A DNA stretch of 64,000 bases. It comes from Octopus vulgaris (lineage: Eukaryota). The stretch lies in the NCBI GenBank assembly GCA_951406725.2, contig OX597817.1, positions 129,084,001 through 129,148,000 on the forward strand, read 5' to 3'. Both the position numbers and the translations under genes were made by a program. Under the pieces are notes generated by a model. The model was not told the origin of the DNA and searched no databases. It saw only the letters and a program-made list of their open reading frames with translations. Shown here piece by piece: positions 54,945 through 64,000 of this stretch. The stretch's first letter is position 1. Every line of letters begins with the position of its first letter.

Positions 54945-54988
54945 CCACTACAATTGTTTCATGTCTTCTAATGACAATCTTCAGGTGG
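54945..54988 (-). ncRNA. Type I hammerhead ribozyme motif (inverted copy)
   Basis: Exact reverse complement of 55057-55100. Confidence 0.8.
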
Positions 54989-55056
54989 ATTTCCGATTTT
55001 CAAATCAGTTTCAATTTATGACTTCATAAATTGAAACTGATTTGAAAATCGGAAAT

Positions 55057-55100
55057 CCACCTGAAGATTGTCATTAGAAGACATGAAACAATTGTAGTGG
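55057..55100 (+). ncRNA. Type I minimal hammerhead ribozyme motif
   Basis: ccac-CTGAAGA-t.tgtc(attagaa)gaca.t-GAAA-caattg-TA-gtgg. Intact CUGANGA/GAAA core, stem I ccac/gtgg, palindromic stem III, GUA cleavage triplet. The base of stem II is a U-U mismatch. Confidence 0.8.
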
Positions 55101-55355
55101 CGTTTTTTTACTTTTTATTAAAATGTTATGTATTGATTAAGTCTTTCCTTGTTTGTTTTGCAAAATAGTGGTTTTGTCTCTAATTAATATTATATAATAT
55201 TTTACTATAAAATTGGATTTAATCCTAAATCTGATTTTTTCCCTGTAAATTTGGATTTATTCCCTAATATTTATTATTATATATATATATATATATATAT
55301 ATATTTAGACATGGCCTGGACCAATCTCTGGTCGAAACATATCTAAGTTTATCTA

Positions 55356-55420
<65 letters not shown>

Positions 55421-55764
55421 TTGTATGTATGTGCTATCTGAGTATATTCCAATCATGAAGGCAGAGCATTTCTTATGCGGAGTCAGAAATCCGGGATCTG
55501 GAATTATCCAGTAATTTTTTTGCTAGTTTATTTTGTCTCACTGTCTTCTCTCCTGGTGCTGTATGAACATTTAATGTGGTTTTAGGGTCAAGTTTTGACT
55601 GCTATTTCCAGCGTGGTGGTATCTCTCAGATACCCTAAATTATAATTTTAATAATAATTATTACTTTTGAAAGTTTTATTCCCATGCTTGCCAACTGATA
55701 AGATCGGTATTGAAATATTGGGTGCGTTTGTATATGTGTATGTGAGTGTGTGCGTGTGTGTGTA

Positions 55765-55815
<51 letters not shown>

Positions 55816-56291
55816 AGTGTCAATTATTGAAAGTTACTTTTGGTCAGGCTTAAATGAATTTGCAGTGAATGTCCTGAGACAAAATAATGAACTAAATACG
55901 TGGAATGATGACGATAAGAACTCTTGTCCACAGAATAATTAGACAGCTGAACAGATTTAACTAAGTTGCGCAATCCTTGGAACAATCATATCAACAAGCA
56001 TATTTTGTCACGGATTGTAGAGACATAACTTTGCACCAATATAGCCAGAACGTCTGTGCGACCAGTGACTTAAATATATGATAGGAACAGCTCATCAGTA
56101 ACTCTTGAAGTCAGGTACACAGTAAGTTGTAGTCTTTAAATCTAGAACCTCTTTACCCCTGCATACTTTACAGCAAATAAGTCTTACAGAATCAGCCCTC
56201 TTGATATACGCTCGCTCCTTACAGAATACATTTCTTTAGTACAATGAATACAAGCACACATACACATGCACACACGCATACTCTTACTCTC

Positions 56292-56322
<31 letters not shown>

Positions 56323-56949
56323 CTCTCTCTCTCTCACACGTACGTAAATATGTATATATGTACGTATGTATGTATGTATGAATGTATGTATGTACGTACG
56401 TATGTATGTATGTATGTATGTATGTATGTATGTATGTATGTATGTATGCACACGTGTGTGAGTTAAATCAATATGTTTGTGTACACAATTACCAGTTGTT
56501 TCTGAGAGCAATTCTTTTATATGTTAAAGAGTGGTAGTATTAAATTAAAAACAAGTTTTGTTTTGGTTGAGAATTTTTTAAGAGAAATAAATTACGATGA
56601 AAAGGAGGTGGTGCATTTTGAGGTAAAAAACAATACGTGACGTAAAACATAGATTTCTAAAAAATCTGTCTATTATTGGACGTGTGAAAATGAAGGCAGG
56701 TGATTTTTGGATATTTGAAAATTAGCTATTTTGATACAAGTTCTAGCTAATTAAGTTTACGGGAAATTATTCAAATACAATGATTCAGAGAGGTATTTTT
56801 GAAAGGATTGTAACCCTTGGTATTCCTGAAAATAAAAATCGATCTTTTAGTGAGAAGTACAAAGAAATAAACGCGCGAAGTGTAAGTCGTTAGTTAGCAT
56901 TATCATTATAATTTATAATACATGAATATATATATATATATATATATGA

Positions 56950-57248
56950 GCGTTGGGCTCACTATTATCATGTAGTGAGTTCGATTTCCGGACCGGGCTG
57001 TGTGTTGTGCTCTTGAGCAAGACACTTTATTTCACGTTGCTCCAGTTCACACAGTTGTAGAAATGAATTGCGACGCCGCTCGTGCCAAGTTGTATTGACC
57101 TTTTCTTTCCCTTGAATAACATCGGTGGCGTGGAGACGGGAGGCTGGTATGCATGAGAGATTGCTGGTCTTCCATAATGTAACTTTGCCCGTACTTGTGC
57201 ATCGGAGATGAACTTTCTATGTGCAATCCCATAATCATTCATGAACTT
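56950..57248 (+). mobile_element. tRNA-derived SINE, family E
   Basis: B-box gagttcgatttcc followed by core-like ttgtgctcttgagcaagacactttatttcac. Lies between (TA)n runs. Confidence 0.6.
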
Positions 57249-57266
57249 TATATATATATATATATA

Positions 57267-57494
57267 AGGCGATCTGGCAGACTCGTTAGCACACCGGACG
57301 AAATGCGTAGTCGTATTTCATCTGCCGTTACGTTCTGAGTTCAAATTCCGCTGAGGTCGACTTTGCCTTTCACCCTTTCGGGGTCGGTAAATAAAATACC
57401 AGTTACGCACTGGGTCGATGTAATCGACTTAATCCCTTTGTCTGTCTTTGTTTGTCCCCTCTATGTTTAGCCCCTTGTGGGCAATAAAGAAATA
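57267..57494 (+). mobile_element. SINE family B (full length)
   Basis: Matches 14221-14451. Confidence 0.9.
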
Positions 57495-57520
57495 TATATA
57501 TATATATACACACACACACA

Positions 57521-60500
57521 TGATTGCTTCATCTTGACAGACGATAGCCGTCCCATCAACACACACACACCACACCCCAATCACATAGCACAATCTCTCC
57601 GTTGATGAGCCCTTAGATGACTTTTAAGACCCGCTGCTGCTGACAGGGTTTAAAACACAAGTGACATATATTATTCAAATTCCTTCTATAACTTTGCCCT
57701 GTGGAATCTGATTCTGAAAGAATGTTTTTGTGAACTAGCATATGTCTTTTAAGCCCAGATATTGTCTTACAAGTTTTTTGACATATGACACAAGTAATAA
57801 GAGGCGGTTGGTGTCCAAGATTATTACCTATCTGGGCATTACGATTTTCATGTGACATGACTTCATATGATTCACGTATCCTGCTTATGACAACAGAACA
57901 CGGTCGCATATAATATATGTCCAATGTTCACCATTGATTACAGGTCCAATTGTTCCTTTGCGACAGGCACTTTTAAATTCAGAGTGCTAGATCATTTTTC
58001 CTCCCAGGCATTGCATCCATTCCTAACAGCATTTCTTCACTTGTTCCGATCTAGAACATCATTTTTCTTCATATCTAGTTTCTTCAGGTTTTCTTTCACA
58101 CATTCTTTATAACTTTTCCTCGGTTTATGTCGTGGTCGTTTACCACAGTTGAACTCACCATAAATATGACGCTTGGCAAACGCTCGCCTTTCATTCCAAT
58201 AACATATCCAGTCTATCTCATTTGAGACAAGATAACATGTTGTTCAACTGAGCTGCAATGTGCCATGCCTAAAACCTCCGTCACTGGTATGAAACATTCC
58301 CACTTGACTCTTAAGATATGTCTGAGGCACTTTTGATGAAATCTCTCCAGTATTTTTATATGACGCTTGTAAGCGGTCCATGTCTCACTCGAATAAAGAA
58401 GTGCAGACAATACACACGCTTTATAGACACTGATTTTTGTCTGCAGGGGAATACCTCTATTCGCCCAAACTCGCTTTTCGAGCTTTCCAACTGCAACCCT
58501 TCTCTTCCCTATTCGATAGTATATCTCTGCATCAAGACTACCATCTCATGACAGTGTGCGTCCTAGGTACATAAAAGTGTCAAATACTTCTAACCTTATT
58601 CCATTCACAAAAATGTTTTGTTCAGAATGTGTATGTCCTGGCACGGGAGTAAACATTATTTTGGTTTTCACAAGACTAATTGTGAGTCCAAAATCTACAC
58701 ATGCAGTGGAAAATCTGTCCATTAAATGTTGCGTATCCCTTTCTGAGTGTGCCAACAAATCAACAACATTAGCATAAGGTAATTCTGTACAAGTATTTTG
58801 AAAGTCTTTGCTCTGCAGTTAAACCGGGTCAGATTAAAAATACGACCAGGTGTCCGAAATCTGATTCCGATTCCCCTGTTGCAATCCTTGAAAGCATACC
58901 AAATTAATACAGCAAAATAAATAGAGAAACGTGTAGGGGCAGGAATATCTCTCTGCTTGATACCGTTGCTCACCGAAAATTTTTGAGATAGTTCACCATT
59001 AAAGGCTACCTGAGTTTTTATGCTGCTATGTAGTTCCTTGAAGATACTTACAAAACGTGTTGGTCAACCAAGTTTAAACAAAACAAATCACGGTGCCTCC
59101 CTGTTTACTGTGTCAAATGCCTTAGTTAAATCTATAAAGACCAGGTGTAATGGAATTTGTTCCTCTAAACATTTCTCTTGAACCTGCCTCATAGAAAATG
59201 TCATGTCCATTGTTTCTCGTTCAGGTCTGAAGACACATTGTTCTTCAGGAATCACATGTGGACACACATTCCCAACAAGACGATCTAACATTATCCTTGA
59301 AAGTATCTTCCCGTTATGTGTCAGGGGAGTTACCTCTCTAAAATTTCCATACGCTGCTTTTGGACCCTCACCCTTGTATACAGAGATTAAAATGCCATTT
59401 ATCCATTCTTGTAGCATAGAATATTCATTCCAAACTCGAGTTATCAGGTTATGAATTTCATATGAAATATGATCCACACCTGCTTTCAGAATTTCAACTG
59501 GAATACCATCCAATCCAAGAGATTTACCTGATCTCCGTTTACATGATGCTAGATTTACTTTTTACATAATGCCAGATTTACTTCTTAAATGGACGGTGTA
59601 ACGTTCATATGTTGTACTATCTCTCTTTGAGGAATGTTGTTTATGATATTAATATTCACTACAGAAGGTTTGTGGAAAAGATCTGCAAAGTGTTCTTTCC
59701 ATCTATTCATTATTTCAGGAGCATCTTTAATACCCTCATATTCATCTTTCGACTTCAAGGGAACATATGATGAAAATTGCAGTCCAAAAGCTTGCCACGG
59801 TAAACTATAGAAACTTTTAATGTTTTTACTGTCATAGGCTACCTTTACTTCCTCGAACAAATTTCTCTACCAAGTGTCTTTAAGCTTCTTGAGATCTTTT
59901 TGCAAGTCTGCTTTCTGAGACTTGTGCATCTTTTCTAGTTACACTTTGTTCTTAACGTTTGGGTCGAGAAGCTTTTCATGAGTGGCCCTCTTTTGTTGCT
60001 AAAACCTCATTTATCACTGTATCACTGGAATCAAACTAATCTTGGTGCTGTCACCTCTTAAAACCTAACACCTCTGATCCTATTTTATATATTCCATCCC
60101 GAAAAGATTGGCATGAATCTTGAAAATGATCATTGCTACATCTCTTCTGAAACAATTGCAAAACTTGTGGTTGTTTTAGCTGCTCTACATCAATTTTTTT
60201 TGGTACTCGTACACCTGCACCACGAATCTTCTTACGAACCCGGAACTTGAACTTAGCCCAAAACATTTTGTGATCAGTATCACAATCGGCACTTCGCAAT
60301 ATGCTGAGACTGCGCATGACTTGTAAGTCAGCTTTCCGAGATAATGCAATGTCAATCATGTGACCTTGCTTTGGTCTTGGATGAATCCAGGTAACTTTAT
60401 GAAAGAAAGTGTCCCCAACAATCAACTCTAGCTCAGAGCACATTTGTAATAGATGCAACTCATTGTTGTTCACATTTCCTATTCCGTAACGCCGAAGTAC

Positions 60501-60528
60501 AATCCAAGCACTTGGAGGAGGAGTCTTA
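57521..60528 (-). pseudogene. Decayed RTE-clade LINE (APE + RT + C2H2 fingers), 5'-truncated
   Basis: APE remnants NELHLLQMC...TWIHPR...HMID...DTDH. RT motifs GIPVEILK, FIDLTKAFDTVNRE, GIKQRDIPAP, YANV (degenerate YADD), LLYSSETWT...LERFHQKCLRHIL. C-terminal CVICQKTCKTISGLKRH and CHLCFKPC. Many frameshifts. Confidence 0.92.
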
Positions 60529-60593
<65 letters not shown>

Positions 60594-60921
60594 TTTTCAA
60601 AGGCGAATAGATATCGACAGCTAACAAGCCATGCTACTCCAGATTCATGATGAGCAATGACTCTGAAACTAGTTTCTGGTGCCTGGCTTTTCTGGGTAGA
60701 AGTACTTATCTCCCTTTTGATAACATAAGAACACAGGAAATTGTCAAGGCCAACAGGAAACGGTGTTTCCTAGGGCTAAATAGCAGTACCATTCTTACCT
60801 TTCATGGGACTGTCACATTAAGTTGACAGCATACTATCTCTTTAACGTGCTGCTACTGTATAATTCTCTCTGAGAGATTTAGAAATGCATTATATACATA
60901 CATACATACATACATATATAC

Positions 60922-61007
<86 letters not shown>

Positions 61008-61012
<5 letters not shown>

Positions 61013-61390
61013 GAAAGATAGAGATAAGGAAATAATTTTGTTCTCAAAAGCAGGATAATGCTAATAACATTGCATGAACAAGATAAACTAACCATAGCGT
61101 CTTATATAGCTAGATTAATATGTCCTAAATTTGCAGAAGAATTTGTCGAAGGGCAGTTTAGCTTAATGGTAAAGCACTTGACGCGTAATCACAGGGATGT
61201 GAGTTCGAATCTCATGGCTGGCCACCGACAGAGTTTTATGCAAAATACGGGTAGCTTATCTTGTTCATGCTATGCTATTAGCATTATCCTGCGTTTGAGA
61301 ATAAAAATAATTTCATTATCTGTATCTTTCAATACATTTTCAACGCTTCTAAAGCAAACTTTGGTCCTTGACTTTCAACGTAAGTTAACT
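61008..61390. mobile_element. Fold-back element T1 with a tRNA-like unit in the loop
   Basis: Arms ~61008-61095 and ~61250-61337 are reverse complements. A second copy lies at 63577-63849. Confidence 0.75.
61151..61224 (+). tRNA. tRNA-Thr(CGT)-like pseudogene / SINE head
   Basis: gggcagtt-tagcttaatggtaaagca-cttgacgCGTaatcacag-ggat-gtgagTTCGAATctcat-ggctggcca. D and T arms are recognisable; acceptor and anticodon stems are imperfect. Confidence 0.55.
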
Positions 61391-61403
61391 TAATATATAT
61401 ATT

Positions 61404-61473
<70 letters not shown>

Positions 61474-62429
61474 CGAAGTAGTAGCGCTGAGCAGTGATGT
61501 GTAATATATATGTATGTATGTATGTATATAAGTTCAAATATGCTTGAGGCATACTCGAACCTGTATATGTATGTATGACACAGTATTGTGTTTGATCACC
61601 ACACTTTTCGTCATTCCTCGTTGTCACAATGACAAAGATAAACACCAATATGGAAAGACCATCCCTCCAGAACCTAAACACAGTCAAAACTTCAACTGAA
61701 GGTGCACAGAAAAGCCATATGTACAGCCCCTCTGTGTACACTGAAAATAAAAAGATATATTATACCATCCTCAAATTTCCTGAACGATGGAGGTGGGGCT
61801 CTAGAATTCATGCAATCGTAATGGTTGACCTAAAATTTTTCAAATTCTAAAGAGGGTTCAAAATATTTTCCAAACTTTAAAAGAATTCAAACTAATAGTT
61901 GTTGCCGTTCTGTACAAGGATTTTAATGTTTAAATCAATAATAATTTGGTTTCTATACCACAGTGAATATGATCGCCTTTAATTTTTGATTTGCCGAAAT
62001 CAGCACCACAGTATGTGTGTGTGTGTGTGTATGTGCGTGTGTGCACGTGTATGTATGTGCCCATGTGTGTCTGTTTGTGTGTGTGTGTGTGTGGAAATCT
62101 ATATGTGCAAATTTATGTGTTACTATAGTTTACTTTTCCGTTAATATCAACAAAAAGATGGAGTACTTTTTATTCGTGTGTTTATATATACATATATATA
62201 TATGTGTGTGTGTGTGCGTGTTTGTGTGCTGAGGGGATAGTGTGTGCGTGCGCGTGTGTGTTTACACTTTTTCTACAATATTTACACTTGATGGAAGATT
62301 TTATGGGAGTATTCCATTCGAGTTTGTAGCCTGCATGTTTGTATGTATGCATATATTGATGTATGCATGTATGCACTATGTGTGCATGCATGCCTGTATG
62401 ATTTATTTTCCAAGCTCGATGACTGACTA

Positions 62430-63340
62430 AATCAGGTCATCTTCACCAGACATACCCACTAGTTTCAACTACTAAATTTCAGTGTATCACTCATTTGTAA
62501 GACTGATACATTAAAGGGATGAACTTCTGACATTTATGAAATCAGTGCAGGCTTACCACAAGGCTCCGTCCTGGAAACTAGGCTTACCCTACTGTTTATC
62601 AGTTACTGACAAAAAAATAACTTCTCTTGTTAACGTATTTGCCAATACCGTATTTTATAGTCACTCTTCCTGAATGCTGCACATTGGGGCCTAGCAGTAA
62701 ATTTCTGTGATGTTACCTGGGTCGTACAATGTGGAAAGACATGGCTTATTAAATTTAATTCTTCCAAGATTAACCTCAAATAATTCCACCATCATACTGC
62801 AGTTCACGACATTCAAACTATAATCAGTAGGGCGACATTGAAGTAGCTTCTTCGTCTGATAAGGTGACTTTAAATTTCACTAACGGCTGGAAAGTCGAAC
62901 TTGTTCGACCGTGAAAAAAACCTTCCTAATACCGGAAATTCTCCATGAGTAAGATTCACTCAAAAGTAGAGTACAGCTCATAAAATTGGCGGGTTACTTC
63001 AAAATTGCGCACTCCTCCTTCGGTCGAGTGCAACGTCAAACGTATACTCTAGTTGAGTTTTTTCATCATCGGAAAACATGTGCAGTTTTAGGTGATGTTA
63101 AAACACCCGATTCATCGGTGTACGGTGAATTTGAGAGAATGCAGTGTTTCGACCTTATTGTGTGTTTTTACATTAACTATTGTTTGTATGGGAAACCTCA
63201 GCAAGCAACAGCAGGTAATTCATTTGATGAATTCTGCAAACAAGAGCCTTTCCGTCGAGGTGGCTTTGACTAAGGAGGTAGAAAACAACCTCGATATATT
63301 GCGGGGTTTCAAATTCAGCTTGCACCGGTGAATCACATGT
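62430..63340 (+). pseudogene. Very decayed LINE RT fragment (CR1/Jockey-type)
   Basis: SAGLPQGSVL (~62545), WLIKFNSSK (~62742), VEYSS (~62966) in the expected order. Confidence 0.5.
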
Positions 63341-63433
63341 GTTGTCGAAACTTACTCTTTATAAGGAAAAAATGCTGCACATGGGGGCCTAGCATTAAAT
63401 GTCTGTGATGTAACTAGGGTCGTACAATGTGGA
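62673..63433. repeat. 63-bp direct repeat pair (62673-62735 and 63371-63433)
   Basis: aatgctgcacat(t/g)ggggcctagca(g/t)taaat(t/g)tctgtgatgt(t/a)ac...gggtcgtacaatgtgga. Confidence 0.9.
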
Positions 63434-63576
63434 TGACAAAAAGTAACAGCGATCATATAGTCATATTTGTATTAAGAAAGACTCAAACGTATATGGAATA
63501 ATAGATATGTTATTGTTTGGATTCTCGCTATTTTGCATGCACCCCACCAATGATTAAACAATATTTAGAAATAACT

Positions 63577-63843
63577 TATTCTCAAACGCATGATAATGCT
63601 AAGACAATAGCATGAATGGGATAAACTATTCACATACTGCAGAAAAAATCGTTACCAGCCAGCCATGAAACTCGAACTCACATCCCTGTGATTACGCGTC
63701 TTGTATTTTTTCTGCAATATACGAATAGTTTATCCTGTTCATGCTATAGTATTAGCATTATCATGAGTTTGAGAATTTAAAAAAATCCTTATCTGTATCT
63801 TTCAATACATCTCAACGTTTCTAAAGCAAACTTTGTTTACTTT

Positions 63844-63849
<6 letters not shown>
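63577..63849. mobile_element. Fold-back element T1, second copy (tRNA fragment on minus; hammerhead-like motif at the right end on minus)
   Basis: Arms ttctcaaacgcatgataatgcta... / ...tagcattatcatgagtttgagaa. The loop carries the reverse complement of the 3' part of 61151-61224. Minus 63849-63811: aTGATGA-aagtaaac(aaa)gtttgctt-ta-GAAA-cgtt. Confidence 0.7.
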
Positions 63850-63900
<51 letters not shown>

Positions 63901-63971
63901 TACACACATATTTCTTTTTCTCTCTTTCTCTCTCTATATATACTTATATCTTTCTCTTTCTCTCTCTTTTT

Positions 63972-64000
63972 CTCTTTTACTTGTTTCAGTCATTTGACTG
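63972..64000 (-). mobile_element. SINE family A 3' tail, cut by the window edge
   Basis: tcttttacttgtttcagtcatttgactg. Confidence 0.8.

Larger units (their letters stand above)
54861..55272 (+). mobile_element. Family H1 fold-back element (~160-bp arms plus unique tail) in (TA)n
   Basis: Near-perfect palindrome 54861-55183 centred at ~55022. The tail to 55272 is shared with 4542-4617. Confidence 0.9.

Noticed and set aside
61151-61224. Functional tRNA-Thr gene
   Set aside because: Acceptor and anticodon stems are mispaired, there is no U33, and it is embedded in a repeated fold-back element.

Overview
AT-rich, microsatellite-saturated eukaryotic DNA with no convincing host protein-coding gene. 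The repeat content (tRNA-derived SINEs, Penelope-like elements, RTE/R4/CR1-type LINE relics, Helitron relics, (TA)n/(CA)n/(AAT)n/(ATCT)n tracts) resembles a coleoid cephalopod such as Octopus; this is an inference. Nearly all ORF-track entries are translated microsatellites. The real coding signal is all from decayed retroelements: a ~3 kb Penelope-like RT+GIY-YIG element (Naiad-like, ~25.1-28.2 kb), a second GIY-YIG 3' end (~31 kb, minus), an older PLE RT (~33.5-35 kb), an R4-type RLE LINE (~45 kb), a CR1/L2-type 3' end (~51.4 kb) and a ~3 kb RTE (57.5-60.5 kb, minus). Four structures stand out. (1) A dispersed set of short fold-back inserts in (TA)n tracts, several carrying minimal type-I hammerhead ribozyme motifs; the cleanest pair is at 54945-55100. 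(2) A ~4 kb satellite whose 34-bp monomer matches an internal 34-bp segment of the local SINE at 30/34. (3) A two-copy fold-back element combining a tRNA-Thr-like unit with an oppositely oriented hammerhead-like motif. (4) A SINE/LINE pair sharing a 3' tail. All calls were made by eye; boundaries are approximate and no database searches were run.
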